From contig MU004191.1 of the NCBI GenBank assembly GCA_010093605.1, positions 1,286,816 through 1,350,815 of the forward strand: DNA of 64,000 bases. The letters run 5' to 3'. Position numbers and translations under genes: made by a program. The notes under the pieces are model-generated. The model was not told where the DNA came from. It saw nothing but the letters and a program-made list of their open reading frames with translations, and searched no databases. The DNA comes from Lophium mytilinum (taxonomy: Eukaryota). Shown in pieces: positions 24,206 to 36,321 of this stretch. Position 1 is the first letter of the stretch. Every line of letters begins with the position of its first letter.

Positions 24206-25054
24206 TATCGCAGGGTTAGTTGCCGAGATTGGCAACGGGGTGGCTGCGATTCTGGCCGACGTTTGGCGTCTTTGTGGCCTGAAAAAAAAAGAAAGCTGGT
24301 GGTGGTAGGAGGGAAGACAAGTGAGTCAGGCCCATGGGCCCCCGGAGGAGTCTTATAGCGGGCTGCAGCCGTGGCTTTCCTCGGCCGTGACTGATACCTA
24401 CTGGTGATCAATTGGAAGGGCGGGGCGCGAACGCAAAGCTCGACCACCCGCGTCGGCCTGCCTGATTGGGTGGGCCAGTTTCTTCACCTCCGCCCATAGA
24501 TAAGCACTCGCTATCTCAACGAAAAACACCTTTCCGTACATATATCGCCACCAAAGCGTGCACATTCTGGTCAAGGTGCATTCACTACTAGCTCTATACC
24601 GCTGGGATTAGCAGCCGGTAAGCAATATAATCCTTCGTCATGGTATTCTAAAGAACCCCGTCTCTATCAGACCTCTATTCTAGAGTTCTACCTACTCCCA
24701 TATCTCTCCTGCATGAACATACGTGGCTATTGAAAGCTCGAAGGAAGAAAATTCGGAGTAACTCAGTTGAAGAAGATCACGGGATCCATTAGCTCCCTTT
24801 CTTGTTATAAAAAGCTGTCGTCGGCTCAGCTTCAGCTCAGGTCTTCTCTTGTCGTGTTCTAGCGGTGTAAATTGCTTAGCCGCTCAATCTCAAATAGCAA
24901 GAGACATGCCCTTTCTGGGGCTTGGTGCTCGCGTCATGTTCATCGCATATTCATCGCATATTCATCGTGTCTGGTTTGTCCAGGGGTTGGGGTGCCCACA
25001 ATGGTGGCGATGATGAGAGGAGAGCTCTTGCATCCGGTATCAGGGTCCTGTGGT

Positions 25055-27370
25055 TTACGCAAGAGGGCGGGTAAGATGTTGGGGTTTCTCCTCGAGCTCC
25101 TCCAATGCGGCATCGTCTATCAGCCCTTTTTGCCAAAGATGCTGGAAGAGATGAAAATCCGGGCGACTCGCTTGCAGCGACTGCCCAAGGTCATGGTGCC
25201 ATACAACATGCTTCATACGCGCGTCCCACGCTTCTCGGCCATCGTTGAACGTTGCGTTAAACTCATCACAGAGTGGACACTGGACTGACTTAGGCGGCTG
25301 TTCTCCCTGGAAGTGTGATGCGCAGTGAGCACGCCATTCTTCCTCGTCGGTCGAGACATACGAACAGCTTAGGAACCAGAAAGCGCATTCATAGGCGGCA
25401 CTGCGTAAGTTAGGCCGCAACTCTAGTACGCCGTCAACCTCCTCTAGCACGCCGTCGACCTCCTCCGGTAAGCCGTCGACCCCCTCCAGCAACTTGAACC
25501 CCGACATCCTACTTGCCAGGCTTCCACTAATAGAAGACTCTGTAGGTATCACTTTGGAGTACAGGAGTGAGGGTGTATAGTTGCCGCGCTCATTCGTCCA
25601 GGTAATAGACCCTGAGGTCCAGGCGCCGAGGTGCACGTCGTCTTCAGAAGATTCTTTGTGGTAGAACAGTGAGGCCAAGGACCACGCCGCAGAGACGAGC
25701 TGTGAGCGAGCCTCAATATTCGCTGGTAAAGATGGGTCAGGTATCGGCCGTATTTTCATCGTAATTCGCCAGCCGGGTTTTATCGTTGTCTCCCATGTCT
25801 GTGCTAATAAAACCTCGCCATCGGGACCAATCAGGTCATAAAGCTATCATGAGCTTGAGGTCCAATAACATCAACATGGAGAAAAACGTAATTAATCAAC
25901 TTCTCCATTCCTTTCCACGTGTTGCAGAGGTGCCATGGGCACTTAAAGGTTCGGCCTGAGGGGTCGTTCAATCTGATAGGTCTCTGCACCGTCTTCCATC
26001 TCCTATGTACCATTCTAAGGCGCTTGATTCCTGCAACATCGGGGCCATTGTCTACTGGGACGCTGCCAGGAGTTTCTGTTCTCGTTGCGATTCCAACGCT
26101 AGGTGATCGCGTTGCGGCATTTTTTGATGGCTCTGGTGGTGCTGATAGTGGTAAAAGCGGGAGGGATGTGTAGTCCTCCTGCTTATGGACTTCAGTTATT
26201 CGCCGATACCACACGGCACATTTAGCACTAAGCTAATCAGGTCAACAAATCCAGCTCTCGGAAGGGAGATCTAACCATTTGATATCTTTTCCGGTAGTGC
26301 GGTTGGATATATTCCGACAGTTTGGACAGCTGTCAAGCGTTTCGTTGTCAACGCTGGTTTCATCTTGGAATATCAGACTCATGTCAACATTTTGACCTGG
26401 GAGAAACGCCAGCGTCCAGTCAACTGTCCTTCCAATATCGCGTTGCGTCGCTTGTTCTTGCAGTACGTATTGTTTGTTTTCAACCTGGACAGATCCCTTA
26501 GCCCCTTGAAAACGAATTTTCAGGACAGCGTCAAATGCATCCCAAGACGTAATGAACCGAAGGTGCACCGGAGCTCTGCGTCCCAGAGCATCCTCAAGGA
26601 TGAATGGATCCTCGTCTAAGGATCTATGAACGGTCAATAAACACCTAATGGCTACAACTTCGCGGTATATTGCCACATTAGCCGCGATAAGGCGACACAT
26701 GAGATTTTTAAGGTCCGATCCTAGTTGAGTGATCCATTCGAGACGTTCCGACATCCTGTTGACCAGCGTGTTACCCGCTAGGGCCAGCCGGGTATTCTCT
26801 GCAATTCTGGTGCGAATCTCTTGTAGCGTGGTCCTTTGTGAGCTAAGATGATCGTTGTTGGTCGTCATGAGAGTCCTAAAATTGATTAGCAAAGGGGCTC
26901 AGTCGCTTGTATTTCGAGGTTGGGATTTTATACACACTTGCAGTCGCTAGTAACATGTTGATTGAATTAGCATATGCTGCAACCTCCGCACGAAACTTCA
27001 CAGCTTCATCTTTCTGCGATATATGCCATTGTACCTTCCTCGTGGCATCTTTCCAAGTATTTCCCGAGCCTGTACTAGAGAGGCATGAGTGGTATTTTCG
27101 GATTCGATTTGTGAAATCATCGACGGAGATGCGGCATTTTTCGACGGTACGGGCTGCTGTCACGCAAAGCGCTTGTATTTCTGGGGTCGCATTGTGAGTT
27201 CTAGATAGCTGGACAACCTGGAGAAGAGCGGTATCCAGAACACAGAGCTCGCGGACAACCGCCTGATATTCCGCGACCGACCCTCTGCTGTCGTTGAGCG
27301 CTAGGAGGAGGTCCTTCACTAGGAGGCTAACGGAGATGATGTCTCCTACTGATCCAAACGTGATCGGCCT
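25055..27370 (-). pseudogene. HeLo-like/STAND N-terminal domain + two ubiquitin-like domains + Zn-ribbon + C2H2-like fingers; start codon lost and frameshifted
   Basis: AGG at 27370 sits where the ATG of (M)PITFGSVGDIISV is expected, with no in-frame ATG upstream. ULD1 FILEDALGR..SWDAF..PGQNVDMS; CPNC..CAKC; ULD2 PIRLNDPSGRTF..TWKGME..[frameshift 25841]YDLIGPDGEVLL..W..PGWRITM; then YECAF..C..H..HF and CPLC..H..H. Confidence 0.75.
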
Positions 27371-27480
27371 TGAAATAGACCATGGAGATATTATGCAATC
27401 GATAAGAGTATGTGAAGATTAAGAAGAGTTGTAATAGAGTGGAGCTGGAAGCTTCCGTGGACAAAATGAGGGACAACTGG

Positions 27481-27578
27481 CAGGCTGAGGCTATGCATAT
27501 GCAGTCATGCCCAATTCAGCCTTGTGCAGCAGGTTAAGCCTATGCGTATGCAGTCCTGCCCGATTCAGCCTTGCGTAG
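27481..27578. repeat. Imperfect tandem duplication of a 49-bp unit
   Basis: caggctgaggctatgcatatgcagtcatgcccaattcagccttgtgcag followed by caggttaagcctatgcgtatgcagtcctgcccgattcagccttgcgtag. Confidence 0.85.
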
Positions 27579-28280
27579 CATGCACAGTGATTGGTGCTTC
27601 CAGTTGCGTCTTGCAGGACTCGCCTGCCAGCAGGGCCACTGAGAGCTCAAGGATCGAATGTGTGGTCAAGCTGGCTGCGCTCAAAACGAGAACAAGACGG
27701 GATCTTGCCGCTGGAAGAGGCTTGAAGAGTAGACAGAAGGTGTGCAGCCTCTAAACGCATTTTGTGGTTATCGTTGCGAGTGATTATGGTGTCACAGTGG
27801 TTTTTGATCCGTGAAACAGACAGCTTTGAACCAACGCGCTCGATTTGATGAAGCCTCCGTCCCGTAATTTTCAGAAAGCCAATTGCACACTAGCCATAGC
27901 ATGTGCCGAGCGGCTGTAAGATATGACGGGCCAGAAATGAAAAGAGACAATAAGTAGAGTGAAAAGCACGAATATCGTCTAGCATCAACACAACGCCCAG
28001 GTAATTCCATTATCGCATTCTCAACGTAGAATTACCTTGGATGGAGCATGTCTTGTTCAACCGTTTCGACTTCTTCCAACCCTATCTAAGGGCCCAGGCA
28101 GGGGAATGCCATGTTGAGGGGCGGGGTGGGTGGACTACAACTGAACAATGTGAGGGCCTGAGTTCCTTGGCGATATGATAACAGGTTAACATTCATTCTG
28201 TGCAGGTAAGAGGGGCGCAGATAGCGGGCAGTGCACCACGTAGCAGTGCTGCAGCCTGCGGGACCACCGGCCGAACATTA

Positions 28281-30453
28281 GAAGTGGTTTCCGGCTCGTG
28301 CACGCTACCACCTCGTGCACGGTTTAACTTAGCATGCATTACAAACTTTAAAAAAATAATACATTTACTTAAATTACTTAGAACACCCTAAAAATTAAGA
28401 TAGAAACTAAACTAAGGCCGCTCTTTTACTCTATTATAATTATAAAGTTATAAAACCTCTAGGGGGGTTTCTAGGTGCGCTAAGGCTAGCTAGATGCTAA
28501 TTTAACTACCCCCTTCTCTACCTTATAATTCTGCACGCCTATAGACTCCTTAGAAATAGTAAATATAACCTACTAAGCCTTTTACTTCTACTATATTACC
28601 TTTCTCTTTTATATTAGCTATTTCTCTATATTATATACCTTCTATATCTTCTATATATAGCGCTTTTTTAGATTCTTAATATTCTTCTATTCTTTCTATC
28701 TAGTCTTTTTAGTAGAGTAGTTAAATTTAGCTATTTTCTTTTTCTCTTTCTTTACTAACTACTTCTATACCTTCTTCTTAGCCTTAGTAGCTATATTATA
28801 TGCCTTAGTATTCTTTTTCTCTTAGTAGAGCTCTTAGGCCTACTATATCTTATTAGATAAATAAACTATAGCTCTTTCTTTACTATTTAATACTAGAATC
28901 TAAAAGAGATTCTTCTATTTTTTTCTCTTTCTCTATTCTATCTTAAAGCCTTTCTAATAGCCCTAAATTTAGCTTTAAAGAAGTATATTAGTAGTATATA
29001 CTTTATTAATATTAATAGTAATAGAGCGTACTTTTCTTTATAGGTTAAACTTCTTTATAAGCCTCTCTATCTCTTTTAAATAGTATTCTATTTACTTCTA
29101 GTTACTAGCTATAATAGCTAAGCTAGTAGAGTTACTAGATAATAGCCAGCTATTATCTTTCTTCTCTTTTTCCTCTTTCTTAGCATTAAATTAATCTAAT
29201 ATAGCGGCTAGCCCCTAGGGGTAAATACCTATTTTCTTTTATCTAGAAGCTATATTATAAAGAGTTATAGCCTTCTTTTATACTATCTAAAAGGTTTAAA
29301 AGAAGTCTCTCTTTATAAAGTATAAAAATTCTTCTAAATTTATTATAAAGTAGTTTAATTCCTTAGAATAGTAAATAGCTAATAGGGAGAAGAGAAAGAT
29401 ATCTAATAGCTGCAGCCGGTGTATTAAATAAGGTAGATATACTACTAGAATAATTCTATTCTAAATATAGTAGTTAATAAAGTTTAAATTTATATAAGAG
29501 CTATACCTATTAATAATTAGTATCCTCTAGGCCCTCTTAGCCTTCTCTCTAGTCTTTTAATTAAAGATCTTTAACTAAGCTAGGCCTAGGTTATTATTAG
29601 TCTATTCTATTAGCGTTAAGGTAAAGAAGTAGGCCTATTTTTCTAGGTTAAAATTCTTTAACTATATATCTTAAATATTATTTATTATAGCTTAATAGAT
29701 TAGTATTAAAGAAAGTACTATATTATCTATATAGATAGCTACTACTACTATAATCTACTCTCTATTACTATTCTATATAATATAGCGCATTCTCCCTAAC
29801 TTATACGTACGCTTACTAAAAATCCTTCTCTTTTTTACTAGTTTTCTAATAAGAAATCCCTTTTTATCTATATTATATATATTCTCTAGTAGAATACTAT
29901 ATTAATTCCTTTTCTAGCCTAGCAGCTTAAAGTAGAGGCTATAGTAGAGGGTAGAATTAGCCTATTTCTATACCTTATTAATTAGAAGAAGATAGGCTAA
30001 TTTAAGGTATTTTAAATTTAAATTAACCTAGTAAGAAACCTAGTAGATTTCTAGTATTCTCCTAGCTAGATTTAAAGCTAAATTTTATACTATTTAATGC
30101 GTAGAAGGTAATTCTCTTTTACTAAGGTTATTAATATATTTAATAAGCGCCTTAGTCTTACTAGAAGAGAGGAGCTTTTAAGAATTATAGCCCTTAGCCT
30201 TTAAAGTAGTCTTCCCTTAGTATCTTTTTAAGAGCGTGCTTCTTTTAATTCTATACTTAGTGCTAACTACTATAAAGTTTTTCTTCTCTATTAAATTAAG
30301 CTCTATAAACGCCGCTTTAAATTAATCTATTTTTAAAGCTAATTAGTTAAAAATTAAGGAAGTTGTATAGTGTTGAAAATTAAGAGAAAAAGCGGTGAGG
30401 GGAGTATGCGGCCGTGCACGAGGTAGTAGTGTGCACGAGCCCGTAACCACCTC
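28281..30453 (-). mobile_element. Tc1/mariner pogo/Fot1-type DNA transposon (2173 bp), inactivated by RIP
   Basis: 42-bp TIRs (28281-28322 and 30412-30453, 37/42 identical) flanked by TA on both sides. Very AT/TpA-rich interior. Mutated DDE motifs on the minus strand: ENIYNIDKKGFL (YNMDEKGF), LIINRYSSYI (LDGHGSH), HRLQLLD (LQPLD). Confidence 0.95.
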
Positions 30454-30523
30454 TATATCAAGACAGCTGAAAGCATCTTCAATAGCCTTCTAGTACAGAC
30501 ATCGAGCCTAAACCGTCGACAAA

Positions 30524-32302
30524 ATGTCGTCAATACCCTCCTACGAATACCAATCACTTGAGCCTGGCGATATTCGGCTTTTGCAGCTTCTCCCTCCAAA
30601 TCCGCGCGTTCAGAATGATCCGATTCGGTTCCATATCGTTCATACTTCCTTTGCTAGATGCAATATCCTCGATTCTTTCTTCTCGTACGAGGCCTTATCC
30701 TACGTATGGGGTGGAAGTCGGACGGATCCAGTGTACTGCAACAACCGCGAGATTTTGGTGACGCCAAACCTCGTTTCTGCGCTCTCAAGGCTCCGAAAGA
30801 CCATGTCAAAGTATCCGGTTTTTCACCGAACGCTTTGGGTGGACTCGATATGCATAAATCAGAACGACGTACTTGAGCGCGGTCATCAAGTTCGACTTAT
30901 GAGAGACATATATTCACATGCATCGAGGGTGATCATATGGCTTGGTCGTAGTCGAAAGGTAGAGGACTGTCTTACCCGAATCAAGCATGCGGATCTCGAG
31001 CTTCTGAGTCAAAATCACATCGACCGAAGGTCTGGAGCTAGATATCGTGCGGACTGGGTCATATCGGCGGCTAAAATCTTTGATCAGCCTTGGTTTCAGA
31101 GGGTATGGGTGATTCAAGAAATCGTATTTGCGGCTAAGACGATTGTTCTAAATGGAACCGCGTCGATCGTGTGGGATCAGTTGGTCAATGTCGCAGTGGA
31201 GGGTAAACAGAGTCCCCACGTTTCAGCGGCGCAAAGGATGCGGTGTGATGCTGTCCTTGGTATCGAGTGTCTGCGGAATCAAATCCGAGAGGACGGCCGT
31301 TCAAAATCCGACTTGCAACTCCGTGAGTATAGCGAGAATGATCTAGCAAGAGTGTGTGGCTAACGCTTCATCTAAGACTCCGGGAGTGGCTACCAATCCG
31401 TGCTATCCGAACGGCTCAAGCCCGCCCTGACATCAGGTACCTTTGACCGCCTACCAAAAGATCTATTGGAATTGGCCGAGCTGTTCAGATCATACTCGGC
31501 AACAGATCCGCGTGACAAGATCTACGCAATTCTGGGACTGGCCTTGGCATTAGGGACAGACAGGCTTGCCTCACACATAGACGCTGACTATGATCTTGGC
31601 ACGGAAGACTTGTTCCTGGGTTTTGCACGCCTCGTTATGTCGGGTCCCAACGCCTTGAGACTTCTTCGAAATCTGGATGGACCAAGGGAACAACCGCCCG
31701 GTCTTCCCTCTTGGGTGCCTGATTGGGGTAGGCCTTTAAAGATACGGCCACTGGCAGAGCTGTGTAAGCCAGATCACCTACTTTCCAGCCAAAGGGCAAA
31801 CATTTTGAAGCAACCAAGTCCAGACGTCTTGAAACTTGTCGGAAAGCACATAGATACAATCAAAGCCGTAGGAGAAGTCCTCAATGAATTGTCCGGCGAT
31901 GGCGGTGTGAAAATTTGGACTTCCTGGGGGTCACTTGGACAGAAACACGGATCTACACCACCTGAGGATTTCAACTGGAATGCTTTCTCGGTTCCTCGGA
32001 GTTGGAGAGACTACCAATTGCAGAGGCACTATCCGATTAGACTCCCCCCACACTACAGCGAGGTCTGTTTGGGAAGACGATATCTCTTGAGCAAGCAGAA
32101 GCGTTCCGGTATTGCTCCGGCAGGTGCCACAGTAGGCGACGAAATCATTCTATTTCCTGGTGCCCAACTTCTTTCCGTTGTTAGGCAATGCGATTCTAGC
32201 AACGTGTTCTATGTTATCGGGGAATGTTACCTGGATCGTGTTTCCTTAGACAGCCTTATTCGAAAGAAGATCTATAAAGAAGGCATATATTCCTTAATAT
32301 AA
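30524..32302 (+). CDS. HET-domain protein, het-6-like, intact (574 aa, intron 31323-31376)
   Basis: YEALSYVWG, LWVDSICINQND..ER..QV..M..IY, WFQRVWVIQE, ATDPRDKIYAILGL, LPSWVPDW, GDEI..FPG..VIGECY. The intron phase keeps the frame. Confidence 0.92.
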
Positions 32303-32677
32303 GTTTAGTTAAGATGAAATTTAATATAAGTGCCATCATTGTGCGAAGGATGGCAGGTGGAGGAAGGTCCGTGTTGAAGGACTCCTCTAGCCGAAACTTC
32401 GACCTGGAAGTTTGATGTTTTGAGAAGCTGCACAACCTAATCCGTACTCATTTAGTCCCATGTTCAGCCGATACAAACAAGGTGGCCAAGAGGGGTTGAA
32501 ACGCGTAGCTCTTCGGGGGTACCTAGGCGTACGAAATCGCCGATGAAAGAATGGAGCAGCTAGAATCAATTTAGCATGTATAGGTAAATATCGACAACAG
32601 TCGCGGATTGATGTTTGGGGGGCCGCAACTATCAATCATCATATTCCACATTACGCCGTAGTATCATTTAAGCGGTC

Positions 32678-35340
32678 TCAAACGAGATATACCCTTCTCC
32701 TCGTAAGCACATCGTTCCAGGTGTTCTTGATTCCAGGACCTCCAAAATTGAAAGTTTTAGGTCCTCGGACCTGTATACGGCCAGGCAAGCAGACGATCTC
32801 AGGATCCAGGCTGCGGTTCATCCCAAAGTACCCTACTCGTGCAAAGACGTCACCTTCCACGCGCTTTAGGACAAGCCCGGCAGGGCTCATCGATCTCTCA
32901 ACTTCAAGCAGCCAGAACTCGCATTCGTCGTTCTCAGCTGCGACAGAGCTTTTGCTTTCCCGGTGACCAAGTCGACTAGCAATGCCGTGAATGGCATGGC
33001 GACTTTCATTACTTGAACCCGCCACAGGAGACTCAGGTTGCAATGCATGAATGACCGCTTCCTTCACGTCGGCCACGGAAGTGAACGGTGTATCCGCATC
33101 AGGACACTCGAGCGAGGCTGGCTCCGGGATTATTGGCATTCGTACTCTTATGCCGCCATCATCCCCAATGAAGATCGAGCAATCGCCATCGTCAATCGAA
33201 TCGGGTACGCTCGTATCCGCTAGCTCCTGTGGGTTGAAAGACGGCGCATACTTCGCGCTCATGCCCTCGAAAAAGGCGGGATCGTCTGGTATGATGAAGT
33301 CCCAGTATGGGAAAGGTTCGCCATCGACAACGATAACAAAGTTTGCGGTCAGTTCTTGCCAGGATACTGAACACATCGGCCCCGTTAAGTCCAGGTAGCC
33401 AAAATTCAGCCGTCCGAAAGGGTTGAGGTTGGTTGTATGCTCGACGTGAATGTCGTTGATCTCGACAAGAGATGTGTAATATTCATCCTTTTCCAGAGTT
33501 GCGGCGCTCTCGAAACATATAGGATCTCTGCTCGACATAGGCGACCAAGTTGGAGCAATGTATTCGGCTGACCATGGGGATGACTCCGACAATACGATTA
33601 AAGACGATGTATCGAATAGTCGTGTACGCAGCCAGTTGAGTGGATCCGCTCCAAATAGGCTTGTACGCAGCTCGGTGAATGTATTCGCTTGTTGCTGTGC
33701 ATGATTCTCCACCACACTATCCTTCTTGCTGCTCGAACGCCGCCATAGAAGGCCGCGGGGTAGGGAAGCACTCCATAGACCTGCAGCGTAGGTCCCGTTC
33801 TCTGGGGACTGATATTCCGCAGCCAGTGCAGACAAAGCCGCAAGCTTGTCCGTTTGGAAGCTCAACGCCCTCTGCGAGTAGTTTTGGAGGACAGGAAACC
33901 ACGTAAGCCACAAGCCGATATCATCCTTGGGCGGCGCCGGTCGGTCTATATACCTCAGTGTTTCGTCCGCCACAATCGAGCCATCTTCTATCGTGATTTT
34001 CAAGCCGCCCGAATTGAACTCTGGGTTTGGCAGATTACCTGGGTGGATATCAAGTCCGGAGATCTTCCAGCTCTCCTTGCAGTGCCACTGCGGTGGTCCA
34101 GAACCAAAAATCAAAAGTCTTGGTGCGAGAGTCGATTCTTGGTACGTCCAGGCTCTGGTGTTGATGACCTCTTCAGAGAATCGTTTGATTTTGTGACCCA
34201 TATATGGGTCTGGACATAAGTAGACCCAGTCAACGGCTTTGCGGGTTTCTTCATCTGCTGTGGTCAGGAACGGTAAGCACAGGGAATTATCAAGACGAAT
34301 CTGAACTTCTGATCGATCTTCCAAAGCCCCTTGTCCGCAGTCCGTAGCAGCAGCAGCTGAGATGGTAACGGTAGCATTCTTGTAGATGTTAGCCATGCTG
34401 ACGATCTCCTTGTTCTTGTTTTCTATCGAGTCTTGAATAATGCAAAAACTGTAATCCAGAGGTCCTTAATAACAAGCTTTCGTGTCGCGTTGATGCTATC
34501 TTTGATTGTCTTTGGTAGGGTGCCAACTTCTATGCCTTTCTCGAGAATTCATCGAGATTGACCTTCAAGAGTTTGACTTGGGCAGTTTTGCCCCAACAAT
34601 AGCTAAGTGCAACATACTCGCCTTGTTCGCCCGGTCTGCATTCGTGTACGAAGACTCTATTTGTATCGTCGTCGTCAAGACGCAATACTCTAGTAGGGAG
34701 TTGGTTTGGATTTGGCCTCTGGCATTCCTTGTGGTCGGAGAGACAAGCCTCAAGATTGGCTTTAAAGGCGTCGAACACATCATCGCGGGTTACAGAAGGA
34801 TCAGGCGGCTTTATGATTATCACATGATCGAGCAATTCAGAACCTGATATGGATTAGTGCTTCGACGAATAACCATGTAGTTCATCTGACCTTTCGTATA
34901 TATCCCATAAGGTACGGCCCAAGACTTGAACTTCTTATCACGGTACCTCCCGGTCCCCTCGTGCATCCAATCGAGATTAAGAGGTTCTCTGATCTCGAAT
35001 AAGACAGCCAATAGTAGGCCAGGCGGCGCATCTTCTTGGATCATAACGCTGACCTCAGCCCCAGGTTGGAAAATCTGTAAGATATGTCAATAATGGTGAA
35101 GCTGTAAACTACGGTATACTTGACCTCATGATTCAATCTCCACACCTCGCAGAGCCGTTGGCATAAGCGACACCCTATCTGCGCAACCTCAACGAACAAA
35201 TCGACTTTGCCAAGTTCGACGTTTCTCCTGAAAGGAGCTGCGATACATTCTCAGGCGTAAGGATATAGCAGACGGGACAATCATTGATGCATGCATGGGT
35301 CTCAGCCACTACGTCGCCTGCGCACACGGTGTAGTCGCCC
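32678..35340 (-). pseudogene. HET-domain protein pseudogene (at least 3 frameshifts)
   Basis: LPTRVL, YVALSYCWG, LPKTIKD, LWI(D)SFCIIQD, MANIY, TRAWTYQE, KLAALSALA, YAAGLW, APTWS. Frameshifts at ~35221, ~34543 and ~34452. 5' end uncertain. Confidence 0.85.
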
Positions 35341-35694
35341 CCTGATAACGAGAGTCTTGCATGCGACAGAAACTACTACACGAGGGAATCTCCATACTTA
35401 CCTTAAATCCATAGGTAGCGACGTGGCGCCAGCTGAAGAAGCTCCGCCACCACCATGCAACGGAGCGTAAAGGTGAGCTGAACTGTCAAGATACCTTAGG
35501 CAGAAATTGTTACATAAGCATGGTCAGTGCGCTTGTAATCAGCTTAGACTTGGTTTGAAAAGTAGTTGTGCACATTGGGATGAGAGGTTGTACTTCCTGT
35601 AATACAATTGTCTTGATCCAAACGGCACACCAAGACCGAAAGCCGCCGCAACTAACAATACATAAGGTGTGTAACATTAAGATTGTAGCCTATG

Positions 35695-35748
35695 ACTCCC
35701 ATTACTCCCATTACTCCCATTACTCCCATTACTCCCATTACTCCCATT
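35695..35748. repeat. Minisatellite (ACTCCCATT)x6
   Basis: Six perfect 9-bp copies. Confidence 0.97.
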
Positions 35749-36321
35749 AGAGCCTCCCCAGTGCGTTGAGTTTAAACTCGCCATCCTGACCTCTTGTAAG
35801 CAAGTCAAAACAGCCACCCTATTCGACCTAGCGAACGCCCTAGCCACAACACCGGTCGTGACAGAGCACCCGCGTGCTAATCCATTAACCTGATCCGTAC
35901 ATATCTCAATCCCATGTTCAGCCAATACAAACAAGGTGCTCAAGAGAGATGGGAAGGCGAAGCTCTTCAGATGTATAAAGTGTACGACACTACTAATGAA
36001 CGATAGGAGCAGCGGAAATTAAAGTAGCGTTTATTGATGAGGACACAAACAGGTTCACGTCCTGTAGTGACAAGTGTATAAAGAAACGGGAGAAGTACAG
36101 AGCCCAGCTCGCAGGCTTGCCTATCAACGGCCTAATCCACTCACACTATGAGGGTGAAGCACACCCAAACAGAAACGTCAAAGGCCTCATACGACCTCAA
36201 GAGTCATCCGGCCTAGTCAACTCCAAATCCGCTCCCCAATGCGTGACCCCTAACGCCTCAAACCAAAATCCCACACCCAGTCGTAGGAATGTGATTACTA
36301 GCTCCATTCTTCTCCTCTCGG

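Noticed and set aside
28323..30411. AT-rich ORF-free block as a mitochondrial insertion or centromere
   Set aside because: It is bounded by TIRs and TA duplications and carries degenerate DDE motifs, so it is a RIPed transposon.
34820..34892. Apparent extra frameshift between ORFs 34820..35044 and 34530..34835
   Set aside because: Explained by a normal intron (GTCAGA...CTAAT...CAG).
35695..35748. CRISPR-like or telomeric array
   Set aside because: No spacers, and the unit is not TTAGGG; it is a simple minisatellite.
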